Assembly: GCF_000025945.1 (NCBI RefSeq)
Contig: NC_006138.1
Coordinates: forward strand, 2,160,001 to 2,192,000
DNA from: Desulfotalea psychrophila LSv54
GTDB taxonomy: Bacteria; Desulfobacterota; Desulfobulbia; Desulfobulbales; Desulfocapsaceae
Direction: 5' to 3'
DNA: 32,000 bases
The notes under the pieces are model-generated. The model was not told where the DNA came from, did no database searches, and saw only the letters and a program-made list of their open reading frames with translations. A program made the position numbers and the translations under genes. Shown piece by piece: positions 1 to 8,262 of the stretch (positions are counted from its first letter, which is position 1; every line of letters starts with the position of its first letter).

Positions 1-100
1 ACGGAGAAAGAACAGCAGTGAAGCGGAGCGGAATGGCGGGTACGAGATGTTAGATGGCTAGCAGTGAAACGGCGGATGCCAGAAAAAGCAGAGCTACTGA
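1..100 (+). repeat. Purine-rich mosaic dispersed repeat, copy truncated by the window edge
   Basis: Bases 1-39 (acggagaaagaacagcagtgaagcggagcggaatggcgg) are near-identical to 7917-7955. They are followed by tacgagatg and gcagtgaaacgg words seen at other loci. Confidence 0.7.
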
Positions 101-237
101 CCTTCCACTCGTCAGCCAGGTCTCCCTACAGCTCTTAATTTATTTTGCAAACAGGTTCACAGGTTTTATGGGCTGTGTGGCAAGCAGCATTTTCTTAGAA
201 AAGCACAGCCTAACCTCTCCCTCGCCAACAGCAGGTA

Positions 238-400
238 AAAGATACGAGATAGCGAGATGCTAGATACGAGAAAGTGCATAAAAGCCTAACGAAAAGAACC
301 ATTTGGAGTTGCCGTAGGATGGGCAACAGTGACGCGGATCGGAATGGTGGCAGTGAAGCGGAGCGAAATGGCGAAGCGGGAGCGTTGCCCATCACAGCTT
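238..400 (+). repeat. Mosaic repeat (gatacgagatgctagatacgagaaag words) followed by stem-flanked minisatellite copy 1 (313-400)
   Basis: The gatacgagat/gctagatacgagaaag words (238-274) recur at 7846-7880 and 7960-7990, and inverted at 11984-12012. The 313-400 segment parallels 1065-1175. GATGGGCA (318-325) and TGCCCATC (386-393) form an 8-nt inverted repeat enclosing about 24-nt cagtgaNgcggaNcgNaatggNgg units. Confidence 0.7.
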
Positions 401-512
401 GCCCTTCACAAAATATTTTCCTTTGACGTTTCAATACCCCGAACAAAATCGAGACGGTTTTTGTTGCCAATCGGGTTTTGAAATTGTCTCGTTCCGAACA
501 CGATGCGAAACA

Positions 513-662
513 GGAGTTTACGCTTACCCGGAGTCTACGCTTACCCGGAGTCTACGCTTACCTGGAGTCTACCTTTGGTCGCTTTGACGGAGTCTCGTTG
601 CACTTGCTTTGACGAAGTCTCCCTTTGGTCGCTTTGACGGAGTCTCCCGTTGGTCGCTTACC
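513..662 (+). repeat. Compound tandem array: 3 x 17 nt then 4 x about 25 nt, every unit starting GGAGTCT/GGAGTTT/GAAGTCT
   Basis: Units counted directly: 513-529, 530-546 and 547-563 (ggagtYtacgcttaccY); then 564-588, 589-613, 614-638 and 639-662 (ggagtct...ggtcgctttgac type). Confidence 0.9.
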
Positions 663-1064
663 TTTTTACGCCGATGGTACTGCATGGGGGGGGCGAAGAG
701 TAGGTCGCCGCCGAATTATATCCAAAGCCCCAAGTTGATTAATTTCAGCTTGGTTTTTTTTTGCCCTCAGGGATGAGGGGACGCAAGCGATGCCATGGAT
801 GGCAGAGAGCTGTGATCTTAATTTTCCCTACCCGCTAATTTAATTATCTGTACAGTGCTACTCTTTTTATAGATTGTATGCCGCGGTGGTAGGGATGCCA
901 AAGAGCGGCGATGTCCTTTCCCAAACAAGCACACCTCCACCCAACCTCCCCTAAATAAGCGCACCCCCTCTCATTCTCCCCCTCGTCAAGGTGGAGAGGC
1001 GTTCTAAGCACCTGCCAGCTCTAGCACATTCTCGATTTCCTAAAAATAAAATAATTTGAGCTAT

Positions 1065-1175
1065 CGTAGGATGGGCAGCAGTGAAGCGTAGCGGAATGGC
1101 GGCAGTGAAGCGTAGCGGAATGGCGGCAGTGAAACGGCGAAGCGGAGCGTGCCCATCACAGCCTGCCCTTTACCA
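1065..1175 (+). repeat. Stem-flanked minisatellite copy 2 (24-nt unit cagtgaagcgtagcggaatggcgg, 2 perfect units plus a degenerate third)
   Basis: Perfect 24-nt units lie at 1079-1102 and 1103-1126, with a degenerate unit from 1127. They are flanked by GATGGGCA (1070-1077) and TGCCCATC (1150-1157). The tail cacagcctgcccttt matches 394-408. Confidence 0.85.
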
Positions 1176-1505
1176 CATGCCCTCTTGTGCTTTTGACGCG
1201 CTCATGCCCCTGACATTTCTTCTTTTGTCCGATATCCTACCAACAGGAGATGAACATTTTTTTGGTGTATGGTTTCCTTATCCGAAGAACTCAAAAATAT
1301 CTAGAGTAGTGTCGGGATAGATCTGGATCGCTTTAAGGGTCGCGACACTTGGTAATTTCCTATGCTCAGACCTTTCATAATCGATAAACAGGGCATTATC
1401 AGAAATATCGAAGTATATCATGATTATATTCAACGACTTCATCCAACAGAAATAATAGCAATTTTATAATCGTTATAATAATAACCCTATCGAGATAGTT
1501 TACCC

Positions 1506-2114
1506 ATGAAAAAAGTCCTTATTAATTTTGCCCACCCGGCTAGAGCACGTTCAAAAATCAACAGCGCTCTTCGTGCTGCTGTTGAGGATCTTGAAGGTGT
1601 TACCTTTAATGATCTTTATGCAACTTATCCTGATTTTTTAATCGATGTAAAGAGGGAACAGCGACTCTGTGAAGAGCACGATATTCTTATTTTTCAGCAT
1701 CCATTTTATTGGTATTCAACTCCGGCAATTATGAAGGAATGGCTTGACGTGGTGTTAGAGAATGGCTGGGCCTATGGCTCACAGGGAAAAGCACTCAAGG
1801 GGAAGATATTCCTGCAGGCTATTACAGCAGGCGGTGACAACAACACCTATCAAAAGGGTGCTTATAACCAATTCACCATTCGAGAACTTATCTCACCTTA
1901 TCTTGCTATGGCAAAGCTCTGCAAAATGGAGTGGCTTCCTCCATTTGTTGTGCTTGGTATTCATAGAGGGACGCCTGATGAAAAAATTCAGGCTTATGCA
2001 GAAGAATACCGTCGTACTGTTATAGCTTTACGAGACGGCACCCTGGACATTGTGCAAGCCAGGCAAGGTCAATATATCAACAGCGACCTCAACTCGATAA
2101 CCAGGAGGCAATAA
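1506..2114 (+). CDS. kefF: KefF/KefG-type NAD(P)H quinone oxidoreductase, ancillary subunit of a glutathione-gated K+ efflux system
   Basis: 202-aa ORF. It aligns by eye with E. coli KefF/KefG (YAHP..., LYxxYPDFxIDxxxEQ, FQHPxxWYSxPxxxKxWxDxV, GWAYG). It sits immediately upstream of the kefC-like gene, with its stop 1 nt before that gene's start. F versus G paralogy is not resolvable here. Confidence 0.85.
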   Translation: MKKVLINFAHPARARSKINSALRAAVEDLEGVTFNDLYATYPDFLIDVKREQRLCEEHDILIFQHPFYWYSTPAIMKEWLDVVLENGWAYGSQGKALKGKIFLQAITAGGDNNTYQKGAYNQFTIRELISPYLAMAKLCKMEWLPPFVVLGIHRGTPDEKIQAYAEEYRRTVIALRDGTLDIVQARQGQYINSDLNSITRRQ

Positions 2115-2115
2115 A

Positions 2116-4002
2116 TTGGAACATTTCCTACTTCAGCTCTTTATTTTCCTAGCTGCAGCTTCTATTGCCGTTCCTATCGCAAAGAAACTCGGCTTAGGCT
2201 CAGTACTTGGATATCTTATAGCGGGCATCATCATCGGTCCTTTCGGCCTCTCTCTTATAGGTGACATTGAAGAGGTGATGCATTTTACTGAGTTCGGTGT
2301 AGTCATGATGCTTTTTCTGGTCGGCCTTGAACTTAAACCCTCACTACTCTGGCAGATGCGTATTCCTATATTAGGAATGGGAGGTGCACAGGTTGTACTG
2401 TCAAGTCTTGCCATCGGTGGCGTAGCGCTATTTTTTCTGCCATGGCAGCAGGCAGTAGCTATCGGTCTTATTCTTTCCCTCTCCTCTACAGCTATAGTTT
2501 TGCAAACATTACGGGAGAAGGGGCTGATGAATACCTCTCCTGGAAAATCTATCTTTTCGGTACTTTTATTTCAGGACCTGGCAGTCATCCCTATGCTTGC
2601 CGCTCTACCGCTTCTGGCAACAGTCACCATCCATGATAATAAGCACCATGCTTCAGCGCTTTTTAACATTAATTTACTGCCGGGATATCTGCAAATTTCG
2701 GCTACGCTACTTGCAATTCTATCTATTTTCTTTCTTGGTAAATTTGCCAGCAGGCCAATATTCAGGACCATTGCAGCTACGCGAGTTCGAGAAGTTTTTG
2801 TTGCCGCCGCTCTCGCCCTTGTTGTTGGCATCTCCTTACTTATGACAGTAGTTGGCCTCTCTCCAGCCCTTGGAACCTTCCTCGCCGGTGTTGTCCTGGC
2901 AGACAGCGAATACCGACATGAACTTGAAAGTGATTTAGAGCCATTTAAAGGACTATTGCTTGGAATATTTTTTATATCAATAGGTTCCAGTCTTAATTTC
3001 ACCCTGATCGGGGAAAATATTCTTTTGATCGCCCTGCTTACAATCGGACTGATCAGTTTGAAATGGTTTGTGCTTGTTGGCACCGGTTTCATCTTCAAAA
3101 TGGCCAAAAAGGAACGTTCATTCTTTGGTATTGCCTTAGCCCAGGGCGGTGAATTTGCCTTTGTTCTATTTCAATTTACCAAAATCAACGGTGTATTGCC
3201 CACTCAGACCATAGATCCCCTTATTTCTGCCGTTGCAATTTCAATGTTTCTTGCCCCCTTGCTTCTTCTCGCCCACGATAAATTTGTGTCAAGTAATCAG
3301 AGAGAAGAGGCCCAGCGTGACACAGATACGATTGACCATAGTGGTCAGAAGGTTATTCTGGCCGGTTTTGGTCGTCTTGGCACTGATCTTGGTCGTTTTC
3401 TTATTTCTGCTGGTGTTAAACCTGTCATTCTTGATCATGATGCGGCTAATGTGGATGTTCTTAGAAAGTTTGGTTTTGAGGTGTATTATGGAGACATTAC
3501 CCGTTTGGATCTGCTTGAAGCAGCGGGAGCCGCTGAAGCGGAACTCTTGATAATCACCATAGGTGATATAAACAAATCTAGAAATTTGATCGAGTTGGTA
3601 GCAAAACACTACCCACATCTTAAAATAGCAGTCAATGCTTCAGATCGGTCCTCAGCTTACGAACTCATGGATCTCGGAATTACTCAAATAAGAAGGGAAA
3701 CATTTGGCAGTGCTCTGGCTCTTGGTCAAGATTCCTTGGAAATGCTTGGCTTTGACCCCTATGATACACATAAACTAATGCGTATTTTTAAGAAGAATGA
3801 TGAGGTGACAATGCCTGAATTATATAAAACACATCGTGAAGATCAGAACCAATATATATCTATGTATCAGAAACAGAATGAAGATCTTGAAGAGTTAATG
3901 ACACTTGATCTGGACAACGACATGGAGGGATTCGACAAGGCCTGGACTAGCGGAAATCCGCAAGAGTATATTCCTTCCGCAGAGCAGAAAAAACAGCTAT
4001 AG
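2116..4002 (+). CDS. kefC: Glutathione-regulated K+/H+ antiporter, KefB/KefC family (Na/H-exchanger membrane domain plus TrkA-N/KTN domain)
   Basis: 628-aa ORF with a TTG start at 2116, preceded by AGGAGG (2104-2109). The N-terminal half is polytopic and hydrophobic. It has a Rossmann motif ILAGFGRLG and a KTN-like C-terminal domain. Gene order kefF-kefC matches the known operon. B versus C is not resolvable. Confidence 0.9.
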   Translation: MEHFLLQLFIFLAAASIAVPIAKKLGLGSVLGYLIAGIIIGPFGLSLIGDIEEVMHFTEFGVVMMLFLVGLELKPSLLWQMRIPILGMGGAQVVLSSLAIGGVALFFLPWQQAVAIGLILSLSSTAIVLQTLREKGLMNTSPGKSIFSVLLFQDLAVIPMLAALPLLATVTIHDNKHHASALFNINLLPGYLQISATLLAILSIFFLGKFASRPIFRTIAATRVREVFVAAALALVVGISLLMTVVGLSPALGTFLAGVVLADSEYRHELESDLEPFKGLLLGIFFISIGSSLNFTLIGENILLIALLTIGLISLKWFVLVGTGFIFKMAKKERSFFGIALAQGGEFAFVLFQFTKINGVLPTQTIDPLISAVAISMFLAPLLLLAHDKFVSSNQREEAQRDTDTIDHSGQKVILAGFGRLGTDLGRFLISAGVKPVILDHDAANVDVLRKFGFEVYYGDITRLDLLEAAGAAEAELLIITIGDINKSRNLIELVAKHYPHLKIAVNASDRSSAYELMDLGITQIRRETFGSALALGQDSLEMLGFDPYDTHKLMRIFKKNDEVTMPELYKTHREDQNQYISMYQKQNEDLEELMTLDLDNDMEGFDKAWTSGNPQEYIPSAEQKKQL

Positions 4003-4004
4003 GC

Positions 4005-4103
4005 TATTAGCTGTCAGGAACAGCAACTACATTTACCACAGAGATACGGAGAACACAGAGAAAGAGTGAGGGAATGACGGCTACGAGAAAGAGCAAGGAC
4101 AGC
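4005..4103 (+). repeat. Purine-rich mosaic dispersed repeat
   Basis: It contains agctgtcag (4009-4017), atttaccacagagatacggagaacacagagaaag (from 4031) and ctacgagaaagagcaagg. The same words occur at 7746-8070. Confidence 0.75.
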
Positions 4104-4340
4104 TATATATTAACTGTAGTAGAACTTGCCATTTCGCTAAGGCTTCACTGCTAGAGCTGTCTTTTCTCCTTCTGACCATTTTTTGCAGTAGCCTTGTTTT
4201 CTGAATTTTATCCCGTATGCTTAATGATATAAATTATATTCAGTTTCTGGAGAATAATTTATTAGGCAACTTCTTGAGAAGTGAAGTGAGGGTAGCATCC
4301 CTTTTTCTAAATCAAATTTTTCTTATGGAGAGACTTAAGC

Positions 4341-5084
4341 ATGAGCGAATATGTCATCGGAGGATGGACTCAAAATTTGACAGTAGAACCACCGGTAACC
4401 TTTTCTTATAGTATATATGGAATGATCACCAACTTTATTGCCTTGACGTCAGGCACGCCGGATTACCCTGGCTGGAGTGTTGCTGCGACGCCTGCTCCCA
4501 AGGTGTCTGGCAAAGTGCTTTGGGCATATGGTGGGCTGGGCGGCACGCCGACGGGAACTCCCTTTAATCAAACTGATATTGAGGCGATTATTTCTGCCAC
4601 AACATCTCAGGATTGGGCGGGAGTTGATGTTGATAACGAAAGCGAAATGAACATCGATAATGTAATTAATATGATGTCCAGTTTGAAAAAGAGCGACAGA
4701 GAGACCAGTTACACCTTTATTGCCGGTTGGGACTACAACCATCCTGAGTCTGAGCCGGGGGCAACGATAAATAGGGAGGTTAAGGCAATAGCGGATTCAG
4801 GTGCCTGTGATCGTTTCTGCCTCATGTGTTATGGCGATGCTATGTGGCCTTTGAGTGATATTACGGCAAACGTCGGTCCTGCAATTGACCGAACCATTGC
4901 CCATGCCGGAGACCCGAAAAAGGTGATTCTCGCCTTGACTCCTGCTGGCCTAAATTCCGAGAACCTTGCCTATTTTCTTGATCAGGTAACGAGTAAGGGT
5001 ATTGGAGGACTTTTTATCTGGGAATTCTCAACACTTCAGGCAGCTGACCTGCAAACCATTCAGGATGCACTGGCTATTTCCTGA
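4341..5084 (+). CDS. Small GH18-like (chitinase/hevamine-type TIM-barrel) protein, function unknown
   Basis: 247-aa ORF with GGAGAG 8-13 nt upstream of the ATG. The motif AGVDVDNE fits the GH18 DxxDxDxE catalytic signature, and C-terminal GGLFIWEFS resembles the GH18 GGxMxWe strand. There is no obvious signal peptide. Confidence 0.5.
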   Translation: MSEYVIGGWTQNLTVEPPVTFSYSIYGMITNFIALTSGTPDYPGWSVAATPAPKVSGKVLWAYGGLGGTPTGTPFNQTDIEAIISATTSQDWAGVDVDNESEMNIDNVINMMSSLKKSDRETSYTFIAGWDYNHPESEPGATINREVKAIADSGACDRFCLMCYGDAMWPLSDITANVGPAIDRTIAHAGDPKKVILALTPAGLNSENLAYFLDQVTSKGIGGLFIWEFSTLQAADLQTIQDALAIS

Positions 5085-5114
5085 TCTTCTTCCTCTAACA
5101 ATTCCGCCTTCTCT

Positions 5115-5157
5115 CCCTGCCTGAACCACCAGGGAGGGTTTCTTACCTCAGGCAGGG
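5115..5157. terminator. Hairpin between convergent genes (possible bidirectional terminator)
   Basis: CCCTGCCTGA (5115-5124) pairs perfectly with TCAGGCAGGG (5148-5157) around a 23-nt loop. It lies between the + strand stop at 5084 and the - strand stop at 5172. There is no clear U-tract on either strand. Confidence 0.45.
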
Positions 5158-5171
5158 TCTATACCACATTC

Positions 5172-6686
5172 CTATCCCATGTTCATAGTACCGTCCCAGG
5201 TATCTACCTTGGCCGTTGTCTTGGCCTTGGAGAACCAGGTACTTGTCACCGTTTTCTGTTCTGTATAAAAGCGGAAACCATCCTGGCCCATGGTGTGAAG
5301 ATCACCATAGAATGATTTCTTCTGACCGGTGAAGCCAAAAATACCCACAGGCACAGGAATACCCACATTGATTCCCACCATACCGCCATCGGTCTGGGCC
5401 ACAAAGTTTCTGGCATGAAAGCCACTCTCGGTATAAATTACCGAACCATTGGCATATGGATTGGCATTCATAAGGGCAATGCCCTCAGCAAAATCTTTTA
5501 CCCGTTTTACTGAAAGAACGGGGCCAAAAATTTCTTCGCTGCCAATACTCATTTCAGGGGTCACATTGTCAAAGATGGTAGGCCCTATAAAATAGCCATT
5601 TTCGCATCCTGCAGCCACTACAGGTCTGCGACCATCAAGGACAAGATCAGCACCCTCTGTAATTCCCCTTGCAATCCAGTCAAGAATACTTTTTTTATGA
5701 CCTGCATTGACTATTGGGCCCATCCCTGTTTCAGGAAGCCATGCCTTACCCATGGTCAGTTTTTTGGCGTGGTAGGTAATACGCTCAACCAGCTTATCGG
5801 CAATGCTTTCTTGAACAACGATGACAGGAAGAGCCATACAACGGGCACCTGCGCAGCCGCAGAAGGCATTGATGATTCCCTGGGCAGTACGCTCAAGGTT
5901 ACAATCCTCAAGAACAAGAGCATGGTTTTTGGCGGCACAGAGGGCCTGAACGCGTTTACCGTTAGCAGTCGCTGTTTCATAGATATGCCGGCCCACAGTT
6001 GTCGAACCCACAAAAGAGACGCCCTTAATCTCTGGATGACGTAGTAAAATTTCAGCCTCGGTTCGGTTGGCTGTAACCAGATTGAGCACCCCAGGTGGAA
6101 GCCCTGCCTCCTGCCAAAGTTCCATAAGCCGCATAGCGGTACGGGGCACATAACTTGCGGCCTTTAAAACCATGGTGTTGCCTGTGACCATACAGATAGG
6201 TGCCATCCAACCATGGGGAATCATGGCAGGGAAATTCCACGGAACAATACCTGCAAAGACACCCAGAGGACGCATCTGTTGAACAGTATCATAACCATTA
6301 CTCACATTAAAAAGAGAAGGCCCCTTCATAAGATGAGGCGCACCACAGGCAAATTCTATTACCTCATTTACCTTCAGGACATCGCCCATACTCTCTGCTC
6401 TGTTTTTGCCCTGCTCCCGACACAAGATATCGGTAAGCTCTTCGAGGTGTTGATCAACCAGCATCTTCATCCGAAAGAAAATCTGCACCCTCTTTCCCAC
6501 AGGTGTTGCAGCCCATCCAGGATAGGCGGCAGCCGCTGAAGCAATGGCCTCTTCCACCTCTTCTGCCGTACAATGAGCAACCTGGGCCGTCACCTCACCT
6601 GTTGAAGGATTATAAAGATCGGCATAGGAAGTTGTTTTAGATCTGCGCCACTGATTATCCACCCAGTACTGTAATTTTTCTGCCAT
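5172..6686 (-). CDS. mmsA: CoA-acylating methylmalonate-semialdehyde dehydrogenase (aldehyde dehydrogenase superfamily)
   Basis: 504-aa ORF with an SD-like GGAGAGAGAG upstream. ALDH motifs are present: VGSTTVG, the catalytic Cys context CGCAGARCMA (MmsA-type AGxRCMA) and EEIFGPV. The N-terminal region is typical of MmsA/IolA. Confidence 0.85.
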   Translation of the reverse strand: MAEKLQYWVDNQWRRSKTTSYADLYNPSTGEVTAQVAHCTAEEVEEAIASAAAAYPGWAATPVGKRVQIFFRMKMLVDQHLEELTDILCREQGKNRAESMGDVLKVNEVIEFACGAPHLMKGPSLFNVSNGYDTVQQMRPLGVFAGIVPWNFPAMIPHGWMAPICMVTGNTMVLKAASYVPRTAMRLMELWQEAGLPPGVLNLVTANRTEAEILLRHPEIKGVSFVGSTTVGRHIYETATANGKRVQALCAAKNHALVLEDCNLERTAQGIINAFCGCAGARCMALPVIVVQESIADKLVERITYHAKKLTMGKAWLPETGMGPIVNAGHKKSILDWIARGITEGADLVLDGRRPVVAAGCENGYFIGPTIFDNVTPEMSIGSEEIFGPVLSVKRVKDFAEGIALMNANPYANGSVIYTESGFHARNFVAQTDGGMVGINVGIPVPVGIFGFTGQKKSFYGDLHTMGQDGFRFYTEQKTVTSTWFSKAKTTAKVDTWDGTMNMG

Positions 6687-6790
6687 GGTCTCTCTCTCCT
6701 ATAGGTATGATTTAAAAGTTTTCGAATAAATTTTCCGAGAAACATTCATAATAGCCTTATTGTTCTGTCAGGATCAGACAGGTTGGCCTC

Positions 6791-7606
6791 TTACTCCTTT
6801 TGCAGTGCTGAAGCCAAATAAGAGAAGACGGAAGGATCTTCCCCATTATCATTGATGGGTACAAGAGCTGCCTTTCTGCTCAAGCGCAGAAGGCCTGCCC
6901 CAACATCTTCAACATCTTCAAGCATTGCTATAGCCGCTCCAGCAGGATCACCTGCCTTCATGGCCCTATAAATTTTTTTATGGGCCATAATGACATTGCC
7001 GGCAAATTCGCGATCAACATTTATAATGGCCTTAATTTGAGAGAGCAGATCTTCCACAAAGCTGAGAGTAAAGGCGATGAGGGGGTTACCGGATGCCTTG
7101 CCTATCTCTTTATGAAAGAGAACCGCGTAATCATCTACCTCATTAAAATCACCTTTCTTAAAGGCCTTTTCACTGGCCATATTAAGCCCTTTAAGGCGGG
7201 CAAGAAGTTCTGCTGTTATATTCTCTGCTGCGGCCCTTGCCGCAAGAGGTTCCAGGGCAATACGCATTTCAGAGAGATGTTCCGGCGAGAGTTGCTGGAA
7301 GCAAAAGAAGTTAAAGAGGAGGTCATGGGCCATCTTTTCAGAAACCCGACAAATATAAACACCGCCTCCTGGCCCCTTCTTCCTTGTGACCAGACCCATA
7401 TATTCCAGAGCATTAATGGTTTCCCGCAGGGTTTGTTTGCTTACTTCAAAAAGCTCGGAAAGATCTTTTTCAGAGCCAAGAAAAGTTCCCGGTTGAAGAT
7501 CACCCTTTAAGATACCCCTGCGAATTTGCCGGATGATTTTATCCGTTGATTTTTCACTTTTTACTGAAGAAAGGCCATCAATCCCTGAACTCATCATTAT
7601 CACCAT
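6791..7606 (-). CDS. GntR-family transcriptional regulator (FadR/FCD subfamily)
   Basis: N-terminal winged-HTH: GSEKDLSELFEVSKQTLRETINALEYMGLVTRKKGPGGGVYI. The C-terminal domain is helical and FCD-like. The start is ambiguous: 7606, or 7597/7594, which are better spaced from AAGGA. Confidence 0.85.
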   Translation of the reverse strand: MVIMMSSGIDGLSSVKSEKSTDKIIRQIRRGILKGDLQPGTFLGSEKDLSELFEVSKQTLRETINALEYMGLVTRKKGPGGGVYICRVSEKMAHDLLFNFFCFQQLSPEHLSEMRIALEPLAARAAAENITAELLARLKGLNMASEKAFKKGDFNEVDDYAVLFHKEIGKASGNPLIAFTLSFVEDLLSQIKAIINVDREFAGNVIMAHKKIYRAMKAGDPAGAAIAMLEDVEDVGAGLLRLSRKAALVPINDNGEDPSVFSYLASALQKE

Positions 7607-7745
7607 CCTTATAAATCTGTTCTTTTTACACCACCTTATAGGTAGATAGTATAATAAGCCTAGCAGGCATATCAGCCACTGTCAATAATTTATCATAATA
7701 TATTAATATTATGGTTTTGGGATTGGCCCAGGCAGAGAGAAAAGC

Positions 7746-8070
7746 AGCTGTCAGTTTTTAGCTATCAGTTGTCAGAAACTGCATTTACCACAGAGGACAC
7801 AGAGGACACGGAGAAAGGAAAGTAAAAAAAGATGCGAGAAAAAACAGATGCTAGATACGAGATGGTGAGATACTAGAAAGAGCAAGGAAAAGATATTTAC
7901 CACGGCTACAGAGGACACGGAGAAAAAACAGCAGTGAAGCGGAGCGGAATGGTGGGGGGAAGATACGAGATGCGAGATACTAGAAAGGGCCGGGGAAAGA
8001 CATTTACCACAGAGATCACGGAGAGCACAGAGCGCACAGAGGATTGAGAAAAATAAGCTGTCAGAAAAGC
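7746..8070 (+). repeat. Largest copy of the purine-rich mosaic dispersed repeat (multiple reiterated words)
   Basis: agctgtcag occurs at 7746 and 8056. atttaccac(a/g)g occurs at 7783, 7895 and 8002, each followed by agaggacacggagaa-type words. cagtgaagcggagcggaatgg is at 7931-7951, and gatgctagatacgagatg/gatacgagatgcgagatactagaaag words are present. The ORF 7906-8145(-) lies wholly inside it and is judged spurious. Confidence 0.85.
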
Positions 8071-8262
8071 ACCTGTAGCGACCCCATCATTTTTTAAGGG
8101 AAATTCCAACAGTGACAAGTTGTTGAGGGAATATACGTTAGGCATAATTTGATATTGGCCATTGTTTTATGTGGTTAGCTGCTGTATACCTTGATGAATA
8201 GAAGTAGTTGATATTTCAGTGAAAACACCAATCACCACTGTTAGATTTTTGAGAGGAAATTT

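Noticed and set aside
730-762. Possible orphan terminator (ccaag ... cttgg followed by T9)
   Set aside because: The stem is only 5 bp with a 14-nt loop, and there is no upstream gene in the window to terminate. It is too weak to call.
513-1149. Tandem repeats at 513-662 and 1079-1149 considered as CRISPR arrays
   Set aside because: The units abut directly with no unique spacers. The periods (17, 25 and 24 nt) are too short for repeat-plus-spacer, and no cas genes lie nearby.
54-1320. Track ORFs 54-263(+), 210-470(-), 399-587(+) and 1081-1320(+) as genes
   Set aside because: They are read straight through the dispersed and tandem repeats, giving reiterated peptides such as KRSGMAAVKRSGMAAV. 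They lack an RBS and have no recognisable domains.
2133-3618. Antisense and out-of-frame ORFs inside kefC (2133-2414, 2571-3107, 3289-3618 on the minus strand; 2442-2636, 2597-2845, 3233-3550 on the plus strand)
   Set aside because: They are shadow ORFs of a confidently identified membrane-protein gene, with low-complexity translations and no motifs.
5697-7510. Antisense ORFs within mmsA and the GntR gene (5697-6044, 5756-6151, 6052-6240, 6213-6539, 6980-7510, 7216-7413)
   Set aside because: They lie entirely within well-supported genes on the opposite strand or in another frame, and have no independent support.
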